NCBI GenBank assembly: GCA_026991885.1
Contig: JALXAQ010000233.1
Location: 1 to 36,799 of the forward strand
Source of the DNA: Thiotrichaceae bacterium
Lineage (GTDB): Bacteria > Pseudomonadota > Gammaproteobacteria > Beggiatoales > Beggiatoaceae
Direction: 5' to 3'
DNA length: 36,799 bases
The notes beneath the pieces were generated by a model. It was not told the DNA's origin and made no database searches. It saw only the letters and a list, made by a program, of their open reading frames with translations. Below, piece by piece: positions 28,407 to 36,799 of this stretch; the stretch's first letter is position 1, and each line of letters opens with the position of its first letter. The position numbers and the translations under genes were made by a program.

Positions 28407-28895
28407 ATGCGCTTAAAGACTTTTTTCATCACTTTGATCGGTTTAGTCATCATCTCTATCAGTCTAGGGGCTATTAACCTGCGGCATATGGACAAGGAAA
28501 CGCGGGATTTTATCAATACAACGATGTTAGGTTTGTTTGTCGACTGGAATAATAGTGAATTTTTAACTTACACCAGCAATGAGTTTCGAGAAAAATTGAC
28601 AAATGAACAATTATCTAAGATTAACTTAGTCTTTCAACGTTTGGGGAATTTATTAAATTATCATGGGGCAGAGGGTGGCGTATCCAGAAATAACTACTGG
28701 GATATCAGTGTCCGTTACAAGGTACAGGCAAGTTTTCAGAATGGACGATTCTCCGCCACCATCACGCTTATCAAACAGCAAGAAAAGTGGGCAATCGATC
28801 GATTTGAATATCAATATACCTTTTTTCCTAATAGGCGGGACGAAGGCTCACTTAAAGTGGTAGAGTCCAAGATAAATCTTGGACTCCTTTCATAA
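28407..28895 (+). CDS. Hypothetical membrane/secreted protein (162 aa); C-terminal residues encoded by a palindromic repeat
   Basis: N-terminal TM FFITLIGLVIISISLGA. The terminal ESKINLGLLS is the translated palindrome copy E. Confidence 0.5.
   Translation: MRLKTFFITLIGLVIISISLGAINLRHMDKETRDFINTTMLGLFVDWNNSEFLTYTSNEFREKLTNEQLSKINLVFQRLGNLLNYHGAEGGVSRNNYWDISVRYKVQASFQNGRFSATITLIKQQEKWAIDRFEYQYTFFPNRRDEGSLKVVESKINLGLLS
28863..28888. repeat. 26-bp palindromic element, copy E
   Basis: AGAGTCCAAGATAAATCTTGGACTCC. Confidence 0.8.
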
Positions 28896-28896
28896 C

Positions 28897-29778
28897 TTAT
28901 AATCCCAAAGCTTTCTTACGTTTTTCCATCATCTCCTTAATGATGGGTCTGAGGATGGTTTGCATGGCAAATCCCATTTTACCGCCAGGGACAACTATGG
29001 TATTAGGCCGCGACATAAATGAATCGTGAATCATCGTTAACAGGTAGGTGTAATCTACCTGATCACGGTATTTGTTAAAGCGAATGACCACCAAACTTTC
29101 ATCAGCTGTGGGAATATCACGCGCAATAAAGGGGTTAGAGGTATCTACCAAGGGCACCCGTTGAAAGTTAATATGGCTATGCGTAAATTGTGGCGTGATG
29201 TATTTCACATAATCAGGCATACGCCGCAAAATGGTATGAGTTACCGCTTCAGGGGAATAGCCACGCTCTCCAACATCACGACTGATTTTCTGTATCCACT
29301 CCAGATTAACACTGGGCACCACGCCAATTAACAAATCTACCCATTGCGCCACATTCGCCTCTGGAGTGACAACTCCACCATGTAAGCCTTCATAAAACAA
29401 CAAATCAGTGTCAGGCTCAATGTCCTCCCAGGGGGTAAAAGTACCCGGCTTTTGATTATAGGGCTGTGCCTCTTCCTCATTGTGCAAATATTTACGGATT
29501 TGTCCGCTGCCGCTTTCACTGTATTGGTGAAATAAATCTTCAAGTTTCTCAAAAATATTGGCTTCTGGGCCAAAGTGACTGATATTTATACCTTTTTTGT
29601 CAGCCTCCTCAACCGCTTTTTTCATCGCCTGACGATCGTAGCGATGGAAACTATCACCTTCAATAATCGCCGGCTTGTATCCACCCCTGCGAAAAATCTC
29701 CTCAAAGGCTTTTTTGACAGTGCTTGTCCCTGCACCGGATGAGCCTGTAATGGCAATAATGGGATGTTTTTCTGACAT
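28897..29778 (-). CDS. prk: Phosphoribulokinase
   Basis: HPIIAITGSSGAGTST P-loop. Bacterial PRK length 293 aa. Confidence 0.9.
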   Translation of the reverse strand: MSEKHPIIAITGSSGAGTSTVKKAFEEIFRRGGYKPAIIEGDSFHRYDRQAMKKAVEEADKKGINISHFGPEANIFEKLEDLFHQYSESGSGQIRKYLHNEEEAQPYNQKPGTFTPWEDIEPDTDLLFYEGLHGGVVTPEANVAQWVDLLIGVVPSVNLEWIQKISRDVGERGYSPEAVTHTILRRMPDYVKYITPQFTHSHINFQRVPLVDTSNPFIARDIPTADESLVVIRFNKYRDQVDYTYLLTMIHDSFMSRPNTIVVPGGKMGFAMQTILRPIIKEMMEKRKKALGL

Positions 29779-29792
29779 TTATTTTCTCCAGT

Positions 29793-31709
29793 TTAACGAA
29801 AATACAAGACTGCCTTGCGTAATTGTCCTACGGTTTCAAACCGACTACGATAACGGGTTTGCACGTAGAGTTCAATAATCTTTTGAACGGGAACGGCTAA
29901 ATCAGGCCGTGCTGCGCTGACACGGGTGGCATAGCTAATTGGTCCCTCACTCGGATGGCGATGCAAACCTTGCCGTGCCAATTTTTTGCAAAAGCGCAAA
30001 TAAATTTTTTGCGCGGGATCACGCACAAGCTTCTGTGGAAAAAACATCCAAGCAGCATAGCCTAATAATAAAGTTGTTATGATGATAATCAATGCTATGG
30101 TCATGCCAGACCAATCAATGTTTTTTAATCCTAAGCGGCTTAAAAATTCCCGTTGTTGTGCAGGACCATAACCCAGTATCCATTGATTCCAACCATTATT
30201 GATCGCATCCCAACGATTTGCCAATTGTTGCCAAATATTCAAATCAAGGGGGGAATTAAATGTCATTGGTAATGCCGATTCAATCCCTTGCTCTACCCGT
30301 ATGGGTGCGACAGCATTCGTTGGATCAATCCGTATCCAGCCTTTATCTGGCAACCAAATTTCACTCCAAGCGTGGGCATCGCGCTGCCGCACAATCAGGT
30401 AATTTCCAATCGGATTGAAATTGCCGCCCAAATAGCCTGTGACTATCCGTGCGGGAATCCCAGCGGCTCGCATTAGAACGGTAAAGGCAGCGGCATAATG
30501 TTCGCAAAAACCGTTGCGGGTTTCAAATAAAAATTCATCAATGGGATCATTTAACAATAAATCTGGTGTATAGGTATATACAAAAGCCTGTTCATTAAAA
30601 TATTGCAAAGCGCGTTTGACAAGGGCTTCTGGATGAGGCGCTTCTTGCCGCCATTGTGCTGCCAAAGCGCGGGCACGAGGATGTTTTCCTGGTGGCAATT
30701 GTAAAGCCAAGCGGTATTGTCGCTTTGTGATGAAATCTGCACGATAATGAGTGTAAGATCGCACTTGATAACGCATTCGTTCTCGTATAGGGCGTTTTGC
30801 CAATATCTGATAATCTGCTGTCATCGTGCCCTCAGTGGGTGGTTGGACAGGTAATTCGAGGGCAAATAACCACTGTTCATAATGCGGTTCTAAAGTGACA
30901 GTATAATCAAAATGTTCTCCGCTGGGGTGGATGTTTAATTGATTAACGATCTGATGTTGTTGAAATCCACTTTTCCACTCGCGCCCATTGGTCCACCATA
31001 ACACGGGTCCACGCCAATAGCGTAGCTCTGGCGGCGGTAGTTTTCCTTTGACACGAAAGGCGACTTCATCGGAGAGCGTTAATTGGTTGACATCCCCTAT
31101 TGACATTCTATCACTTAAACCGGTGATACCAGTGCGGCTATCTATGGGCAATTTCCAAAATGGTCCTGCGACACGGGGAAATAAAAAAAATAAGACTAAC
31201 ATCACTGGCAAAGCTTGTATTAATAATATGCTTGATAGGCGCAGACGTTGGGGTGTTGACAAGCTCTTTTTTTCATCGTTTAAGCTGATAAGTGTCGCCG
31301 TTGCTACCAGCATGACGAGGCTCATATATAACGCAGTGGGAATGGATTGAGAATATAGAAAATTGGTAATGATAAGGAAATAGCTTAAAAAACAAACCAT
31401 TAAAAATTCTCGTCTGTTTTTCATTTCCAACAATTTTAATCCAGACAAAAGCACTAAGAAAGTAATACTGGCATCGCGTCCAAAACGAATGCCATAAGTG
31501 AAAAAAAGCCCCAGTAGCACGAGCAACATTATAGTGAGTAGTAGCCAGAGAGGGGGTAAATGCCACTTTTTTTGTGTTATCAGATAACGCCATAAGAGTA
31601 ATGCCAAAAAGAGTGCTGGGCTCCAAATCACCATGCGAGACATAAGTGGCAAGACAACTAATATTAATGTCACTATCAGCCACAATAAGGTATCTAAACG
31701 CTGTGCCAT
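29793..31709 (-). CDS. Transglutaminase-like protein TgpA type (N-terminal polytopic membrane domain plus Cys-His-Asp core)
   Basis: GFCEHYAAAF (Cys), AHAWSEIW (His), IRIDPT (Asp). Start at MAQRL overlaps the DUF58 stop (TAATG). Confidence 0.8.
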   Translation of the reverse strand: MAQRLDTLLWLIVTLILVVLPLMSRMVIWSPALFLALLLWRYLITQKKWHLPPLWLLLTIMLLVLLGLFFTYGIRFGRDASITFLVLLSGLKLLEMKNRREFLMVCFLSYFLIITNFLYSQSIPTALYMSLVMLVATATLISLNDEKKSLSTPQRLRLSSILLIQALPVMLVLFFLFPRVAGPFWKLPIDSRTGITGLSDRMSIGDVNQLTLSDEVAFRVKGKLPPPELRYWRGPVLWWTNGREWKSGFQQHQIVNQLNIHPSGEHFDYTVTLEPHYEQWLFALELPVQPPTEGTMTADYQILAKRPIRERMRYQVRSYTHYRADFITKRQYRLALQLPPGKHPRARALAAQWRQEAPHPEALVKRALQYFNEQAFVYTYTPDLLLNDPIDEFLFETRNGFCEHYAAAFTVLMRAAGIPARIVTGYLGGNFNPIGNYLIVRQRDAHAWSEIWLPDKGWIRIDPTNAVAPIRVEQGIESALPMTFNSPLDLNIWQQLANRWDAINNGWNQWILGYGPAQQREFLSRLGLKNIDWSGMTIALIIIITTLLLGYAAWMFFPQKLVRDPAQKIYLRFCKKLARQGLHRHPSEGPISYATRVSAARPDLAVPVQKIIELYVQTRYRSRFETVGQLRKAVLYFR

Positions 31710-32662
31710 TATAATATTTCCTTTGGGAGAGCGTATAACGCTAAGGCTTGTAAACAAAGTTCACGGTGCTGTTCCCCGCTATTGGGTTCAAAGGAACAAG
31801 TTGGGATTTTCAAACCATATTGTGCGCCCTGACTTTCGGCAACCAATATCCAAAGACAGAGTTGTGACAATGCCGCTTCAAGATTATTGAGCATACTGAC
31901 ATCCTCCCAAGTCAGCCAGACTTGTGCAGCACTCATTCCGCCAAATTGTTTAATCATCCAATTTCGCCCACGCGCCACTGCTTTCCAATCAATATGTCGT
32001 GGCGAGTCTCCCACATTATAATCACGATAACCGATAAAATCATCACCCCCCGTGTCGTGCGGACTGCCTTCACCGGTATTTTGTGATTGTTCACCTAATG
32101 GCAAATTTCTATGTCCCAGCGGTTGTGGATAAACCAAGGTAGAGGTGTCTAAATGTATATAAGCCCAAGCGTGAAAGAGTCCGAGTGGAAAACGAGTGTA
32201 CACTTTGAGTCGCCCTAAAAAAACTCGACCACGTTGCGAGGTGGGAACAGATATATCAATGCTCACGCGCTGATCGGCGGGAATATCTATGGTATCATGC
32301 TCCCAAACGAGGGCATGACGGGCAAGCTGTCCGCGATTATCTATCCATAATTGAAATGTCGCCGATTCACCAGCAAAGACGGGCAAGACTTTTCCGGCTT
32401 CTATGCGTAAACCCAACAAAGTGCGATGAGTGTGTAGCATAGAAACCATTGCCATACTGCCCAATAAAAAGCTTAGGGCATAGCCCATGCTGTTGTTATA
32501 ATTCATGGCACCGAGCAGCATGATGAATAAGATGAGCGCGAATCCCAAGCCTGCTTTGCTTGGCAAAATGTAAATCGTTCGCCTTTTGAGCACAATGGGG
32601 CCAGGCTGGGCTGTGTGGCGTTTTTTTGAATGGGTTGTATTTTGTGTTGTCATTGGTGTCAA
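31709..32662 (-). CDS. DUF58 (vWA-fold) protein, usual MoxR/transglutaminase partner
   Basis: DFIGYRDYNVGDSPRHIDWKAVARG motif typical of DUF58. Two N-terminal TM helices. Confidence 0.8.
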   Translation of the reverse strand: MTPMTTQNTTHSKKRHTAQPGPIVLKRRTIYILPSKAGLGFALILFIMLLGAMNYNNSMGYALSFLLGSMAMVSMLHTHRTLLGLRIEAGKVLPVFAGESATFQLWIDNRGQLARHALVWEHDTIDIPADQRVSIDISVPTSQRGRVFLGRLKVYTRFPLGLFHAWAYIHLDTSTLVYPQPLGHRNLPLGEQSQNTGEGSPHDTGGDDFIGYRDYNVGDSPRHIDWKAVARGRNWMIKQFGGMSAAQVWLTWEDVSMLNNLEAALSQLCLWILVAESQGAQYGLKIPTCSFEPNSGEQHRELCLQALALYALPKEIL

Positions 32663-32666
32663 TTAT

Positions 32667-32678
32667 TTTGGACTCCGC
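32667..32678. repeat. Half-copy of the palindromic element (TTGGACTCCG)
   Basis: Only one arm is present, at the DUF58 5' end. Confidence 0.4.
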
Positions 32679-32825
32679 ACAGCGAAGCTACTTCGTAACG
32701 AGAAAAGATTTATTTATTAAAGATCATGACGTTCAATTCCTGTCTAATAAATATGTGCTGAAACATTATCGGAAATCAGCATCGATTAATAGTTTTTTTT
32801 ATTTCAATATTAACGAAAAGGTACT

Positions 32826-33758
32826 ATGAAAAACGAAACCATCAAGCAGAAAATCTCTCAACTGAAGAAAATCAAAAATGCCGCCATTCTGGCACACCAC
32901 TACGCACCCGTGGAGGTGCATGATGTCGCGGATGTCCTATCCGACAGTCGTGGTTTTTTCGAGGCGGTGAAAGGGGGGATCGATGCCGACATTCTGATCG
33001 TCCTAGCCCCAACCTTTTTCGCCGAGATCACAGCCGCCATGCTGCCAGACAAGACCGTCATAGTACCCGTCCATTCCGAATGTCCAGTCGCCAATCATCC
33101 CAATCTGAGCTTTGAAAAAATTGCTGATTTTAAGGAACAGCACCACGATATACCCTTTGTCTGCTATGCCACTTCTCCCTTGAAAACCAAACTCTTAGCC
33201 GATCTTGTCTGTGTCCCGGGCGAGGTGGTGCAAACCATTGAATCCGTAGAGGGTTCCAAAGTCTTATTTGCAGGCGAACGCAATTGTGCAAACGATGCCC
33301 TACAAAAAACAACTAAGGAGGTTATCGACTACCCCCTCAATCCTATCTGCAACGTTTACAATTCGGCCAATGCCAGCGATGTTCAGTATTGGCGGCAACA
33401 ATATCCTGAAAGTCAAGTGTTGGTTCACCCTGAATGCAAAGGAGAAGTGCTGGACTCTGCCGATCAGGTCATGGGCACAGGGGAAATGTATCAACACATC
33501 GCCGATTCGGAGGTGGATACCTTCATTTTGGGAACGGAAATGGGATTTTGGGAACGGGTGAAAAAAGAATTTCCCGATAAGCAGATCATCCACTTAAGTC
33601 CCTTTTTGATGTGTAATGTTTTTAAGGTTTTTCGCATTGAAACCGTCCTTAATGCCTTGGAAGATGGGGGTACCAGGATACGGGTTGATCCGGTTGTGGC
33701 AAATAAGGTTGCTGCTTTATTTAATCAAATACCTGACAAATTTGGTATAGCCGCCTAA
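32826..33758 (+). CDS. nadA: Quinolinate synthase
   Basis: ILAHHY, VPVHSECP, and HPECKGEV Cys/His pattern of NadA. 310 aa. The 5' two-thirds is C/G-ending-codon rich, unlike its neighbours. Confidence 0.85.
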   Translation: MKNETIKQKISQLKKIKNAAILAHHYAPVEVHDVADVLSDSRGFFEAVKGGIDADILIVLAPTFFAEITAAMLPDKTVIVPVHSECPVANHPNLSFEKIADFKEQHHDIPFVCYATSPLKTKLLADLVCVPGEVVQTIESVEGSKVLFAGERNCANDALQKTTKEVIDYPLNPICNVYNSANASDVQYWRQQYPESQVLVHPECKGEVLDSADQVMGTGEMYQHIADSEVDTFILGTEMGFWERVKKEFPDKQIIHLSPFLMCNVFKVFRIETVLNALEDGGTRIRVDPVVANKVAALFNQIPDKFGIAA

Positions 33759-33777
33759 AATAACTATCATTCAGGAA

Positions 33778-33795
33778 TGCAAGGCGTACCTTGCA
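33778..33795. repeat. 18-nt hairpin TGCAAGGCGTACCTTGCA (inverse of the 11227 terminator stem) between convergent genes
   Basis: Reverse complement is identical to the 11229-11246 stem-loop. No adjacent T-tract. Confidence 0.5.
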
Positions 33796-33828
33796 CGCCT
33801 GAGTCTGTCTAATTATTGATGCAAAAGT

Positions 33829-34281
33829 TTACTTTCTAGCATAGCGATGTCCAGTTACTTCACCAGGCAAGCGTTCACCATTGGGAGCAAAATAACTCAA
33901 TGAACTTTGGACGATCTCACCGATAATCTCTACCGTACCGGGCTGTGTAGCCGCCGCATAAAAGGTATATTTCCCATTGGGAAGTCCATTGGGTAAATCA
34001 ATCCGAAAAACCTCTTTTGAACCATTAGCCCCTTGCCCCTGTGCATACGGTGTCAAGTCAGCGACAAATCCTGATGAAGTTAAAAAGTAGAGCGTCTCAT
34101 CAGCAGGCAGAGAGACAGCGATATAAACATCCGCTTGATCAGACCAATTTTGATCCAGTGTCACTGCCAAGGTGTCGCCAGGCAAAAACCGGGACTTATT
34201 CAATGACAGCCCAGTTGCCCAGCTTGTCGAAACCGCACTCATTAATAAAACTATTGAAATACAACGTCTTATATATTTCAT
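33829..34281 (-). CDS. Secreted hypothetical protein (signal peptide)
   Basis: MKYIRRCISIVLLMSAVSTSWA-TG signal peptide. Confidence 0.55.
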   Translation of the reverse strand: MKYIRRCISIVLLMSAVSTSWATGLSLNKSRFLPGDTLAVTLDQNWSDQADVYIAVSLPADETLYFLTSSGFVADLTPYAQGQGANGSKEVFRIDLPNGLPNGKYTFYAAATQPGTVEIIGEIVQSSLSYFAPNGERLPGEVTGHRYARK

Positions 34282-34340
34282 CCTTTTCTATTCCTCTAGT
34301 AAATATCTGAATCACATATTAAACTGAGAAAAATTATACT

Positions 34341-34370
34341 TTGTCAAATTTTTTTCAAAATGACTAAAAT
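34341..34370 (+). promoter_or_regulatory. Sigma70-like promoter (TTGTCA-18-TAAAAT) for the agmatine deiminase gene
   Basis: -35 TTGTCA at 34341-34346. -10 TAAAAT at 34365-34370. Implies the start is at the MPAEW Met. Confidence 0.4.
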
Positions 34371-34398
34371 TTCTCAATTATTTTATAAAGCATTTTAC

Positions 34399-35388
34399 AT
34401 GCCAGCAGAATGGCATCCCCATCAGCACTGTTGGATGGCATGGCCTTGTCGTCCCCAAAGTTGGCCTTTTGAATTGAGCCGTGTCTGTGCTACTTTTGCA
34501 ACAGTGGCAAATGCCATTGCTCGTTTTGAACCCGTGAAAATGATTGTCCTGCCAGCGCAGAACGAAGAAGCGGCGCGATTGTGTGGTGCGGGGATTGAGT
34601 TTATCTCTTTGCCGATGGATGATAGTTGGGTACGTGATACTGGTCCAAGCTTTATCATTGACGGACGCGGCGGCATTGCTGGCATTGATTGGCAATTTAA
34701 TGCTTGGGGAGAAAGTCGAGAAAATATTAGTGATTATCAACAGGATGCACTTTTAGCTCAACGGATATTGGAATATTCTCAAATACGTCGCTATGCTGCT
34801 CCCTTTATTTTAGAAGGTGGGGCTATCCATGTAGACGGCGAAGGTACTGTTTTAACCAGTGCAGAATGTTTACTCAATCGCAATCCCCAGTTTAGCCGCA
34901 AGGAGATGGAGGCACAATTGCGCGACTATCTCGGTATTTCTAAAGTGATTTGGTTAGGGCAAGGTTTAGAAGATGATGAGACGGCGGGGCATATAGATAA
35001 TTTAGCCAACTTTGTGCGCCCTGGCGTGGTGATTGCCCTGACTTGCAATGATCCGCAAGATAGCAATTATGCGGCTTTGCAAGACAATTTGCATCGCCTA
35101 CGCTGTGCCTCTGATGCCCAAGGACGGCAATTAGAAATTATTGAAATAGAGCAACCGGCTCGCCGCGATGATAATAATGGTTTACGTTTGGCACTCTCTT
35201 ATATTAATTTTTATATTGCCAATGGTGGGATTATTATGCCTATTTTTGATGATCCTGCCGATGAGGCTGCTATTGCAACACTCAGTCAAGCGTTTCCAGA
35301 ACATCAAGTGGTGCCTGTTTATGCGCTTGATTTGTTTTATGGTGGGGGTGGGATTCATTGTGTGACTCAACAACAGCCATCATGTTAA
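34399..35388 (+). CDS. aguA: Agmatine deiminase (porphyromonas-type peptidylarginine deiminase fold)
   Basis: MPAEWHPHQHCWMAWP N-terminus. C-terminal GGGGIHCVTQQQP with catalytic Cys. Confidence 0.85.
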   Translation: MPAEWHPHQHCWMAWPCRPQSWPFELSRVCATFATVANAIARFEPVKMIVLPAQNEEAARLCGAGIEFISLPMDDSWVRDTGPSFIIDGRGGIAGIDWQFNAWGESRENISDYQQDALLAQRILEYSQIRRYAAPFILEGGAIHVDGEGTVLTSAECLLNRNPQFSRKEMEAQLRDYLGISKVIWLGQGLEDDETAGHIDNLANFVRPGVVIALTCNDPQDSNYAALQDNLHRLRCASDAQGRQLEIIEIEQPARRDDNNGLRLALSYINFYIANGGIIMPIFDDPADEAAIATLSQAFPEHQVVPVYALDLFYGGGGIHCVTQQQPSC

Positions 35389-35556
35389 AAGAACAACTCA
35401 ATCAGATTGACGAAGCTCGCTCCAATGAGCTTAAATAAAAACGGTGTAAAACCAACCAATTGCAAATCCACTGCATAGACATCAATACCAAAAGTAGCAG
35501 TGGTGGCTTGAAAGCTCGCAGCTCCGTCTGAATCTGGAGGAATCGTTGCAACAAGA

Positions 35557-35763
35557 TCATCCAGTCAAAGGGGGTACGGGTAAACCGCTAATGACTCCTG
35601 ATGGAACGCCTTCCATAAGATCAATCCCCAAGCGGCCAGCCTCCGCCTGTGGATTAGCCCTCGCTCGATTGATCTTTTCCAAATGTGCTTGTGAGGCGGC
35701 TGTGGGATCACCGTATGAGTAAGTGACATCCGCCTGTACGACTGTCGCACTCAACAACCCCAC
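35557..35763 (-). CDS. Small putative secreted protein (no ATG; GTG/CTG start adjacent to the mrpF stop)
   Basis: ORF immediately after the mrpF TGA. Signal-like (L)KNLLIRTLAVGLLSATVVQA-DV. Weak evidence. Confidence 0.2.
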   Translation of the reverse strand: MGLLSATVVQADVTYSYGDPTAASQAHLEKINRARANPQAEAGRLGIDLMEGVPSGVISGLPVPPLTG

Positions 35764-35789
35764 TGCCAGAGTTCTTATTAATAGATTTT

Positions 35790-36041
35790 TCAGGACTCAC
35801 CCCCTTCAATAGCACGCGCAATGGCCACAACCGCGACAAAAGCCAAGGCGGCATAGACTAAGGCAATATCCAAATAAATAGGATTTTCAAATTCACTGGC
35901 GAGCCAGACTAAAGTCGCTGTTGTAATCACAGCCAGCGTATCGGCTGCCACAACGCGATCGGGTACGCTAGGTCCCCTAAATAAGCGCCACATACCCAAG
36001 ACTAATGCGCCGCTCACCAGAATAAAGGCTAAAAAATTCAT
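35790..36041 (-). CDS. mrpF: Mrp/Mnh-type cation:proton antiporter subunit F
   Basis: 83 aa with 3 TM helices. LFRGPSVPDRVVAADTL motif typical of MnhF/PhaF. Confidence 0.8.
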   Translation of the reverse strand: MNFLAFILVSGALVLGMWRLFRGPSVPDRVVAADTLAVITTATLVWLASEFENPIYLDIALVYAALAFVAVVAIARAIEGGES

Positions 36042-36568
36042 TCAATAAATTCCCGTAAATGACGTTCAAAAGATTCGGCAATGGCATGGGTAGCCGGTTT
36101 TAAATCCACGCCAGGTGTACTATCGACCCAATGCACTTGTAAATGTTTTCCCACGACATCTACCGTCAAGGTGCCTGGTGTTAGGGTGATACTATTAGCC
36201 AGTATCAATTGACCCAAAGGCGATTTGAGTTGTGTTTCCACTTCAACAAAAGCCGGATTGATAGGCAGACGCGGTGAGAGTACTCGACGTGCCATGTCAA
36301 TGTTAGCACGTAATAAGGCGACTAGAAATACGCCTAAATAACGCAAGACATGTCCAGGCGTTGCCTTATTTATTTTAAAGCTATCCAAAAAAGCTAAATG
36401 TTTGCTAGATAGCCACGCTGTCAAGGTGGCCACCAAAAGACCGACAAAAATTTCACTCAAATTGAGTGTACCTACCAATAGTAGCCATACTATAAAGAAA
36501 ATAAGGCTTGCTACGATAAAACGGCTTTTTATATTTTTTCTAACTGTCATGTTTGTTCTCTTGCTCAC
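36038..36568 (-). CDS. mrpE: Mrp/Mnh-type cation:proton antiporter subunit E
   Basis: LANSITLTPGTLTVDV and HWVDS motifs of MnhE. Stop overlaps the mrpF start. Confidence 0.8.
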   Translation of the reverse strand: MSKRTNMTVRKNIKSRFIVASLIFFIVWLLLVGTLNLSEIFVGLLVATLTAWLSSKHLAFLDSFKINKATPGHVLRYLGVFLVALLRANIDMARRVLSPRLPINPAFVEVETQLKSPLGQLILANSITLTPGTLTVDVVGKHLQVHWVDSTPGVDLKPATHAIAESFERHLREFIE

Positions 36569-36617
36569 CCTTTGCTATTTCACAGCCGAATAAGGCGCTT
36601 GACGTTCCCGAAACCTG

Positions 36618-36799
36618 TCAGTGCATTCGATAATCGACAAAATCAGCCATCTTATCAAACTGCATAAACGGATTGTTAAGCTTGGCGATGTAAGTCACCA
36701 CCCTTATCTCCCATGTAGGCGAGAGTATGGAGTACACCCTACAAAGCCAGAATTCAAAACTGTACGTGAGATTTTCAAACTCATACAGCTCCTCAGAGA
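36618..36799 (-). CDS. 3' fragment of an unidentified gene running off the right window edge (not hydrophobic, so not mrpD)
   Basis: Open frame from the window edge to TGA at 36618. The translation ...VVTYIAKLNNPFMQFDKMADFVDYRMH is hydrophilic. Confidence 0.3.
   Translation of the reverse strand, partial: SEELYEFENLTYSFEFWLCRVYSILSPTWEIRVVTYIAKLNNPFMQFDKMADFVDYRMH

Noticed and set aside
36690-36760. Shared CACCCTAC octamer between 371-384 and 36740-36750
   Set aside because: Too short, with no extended similarity either side; likely chance.

Overview
Chromosomal segment from a low-GC (about 42%) gammaproteobacterium, probably a sulfur-oxidizing, Thiotrichales/Beggiatoaceae-like organism. 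This taxonomic guess is low confidence and rests on gene content alone: prk, glgP, mrp subunits, type IV pilin, glnA. Most of the window is housekeeping: trxB, bamD, glgP, glnA, a CDF transporter, csp, pdxB, acylphosphatase, prk, nadA and agmatine deiminase. Three accessory-looking blocks are interleaved. (1) 379-6671: a six-gene minus-strand operon. It encodes a MoxR-like AAA+ ATPase, a fused HExxH-metallopeptidase/vWA (MIDAS) protein, three unannotatable proteins, and a radical SAM enzyme whose Cys motif CNLNCLFCF resembles viperin-like enzymes. It sits next to a tRNA(CAU) gene with an aberrant acceptor stem. This is the best candidate for an undescribed NTP-dependent conflict or stress system. 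(2) 9448-10483: an AT-rich, translationally coupled two-gene module. The second protein carries a C-terminal Rx4H (HEPN-like) motif. The module is bracketed by copies of a roughly 40-bp intergenic repeat. (3) 10603-15987: secreted protein, GNAT, a 1038-aa PIG-L deacetylase fused to three GT2 domains, and a second GNAT-like gene. This looks like an unusual GlcNAc-glycoconjugate pathway. The window also contains at least six copies of a 26-bp perfect palindrome (GGAGTCCAAGAT-WW-ATCTTGGACTCC), which creates artefactual ORF ends. Different heptamer tandem repeats flank glnA on each side. There is an orphan DUF58-transglutaminase pair with no MoxR, and an orphan mrpE-mrpF pair. nadA has a compositionally foreign 5' two-thirds. 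All calls are by eye from motifs and composition; no searches were run.
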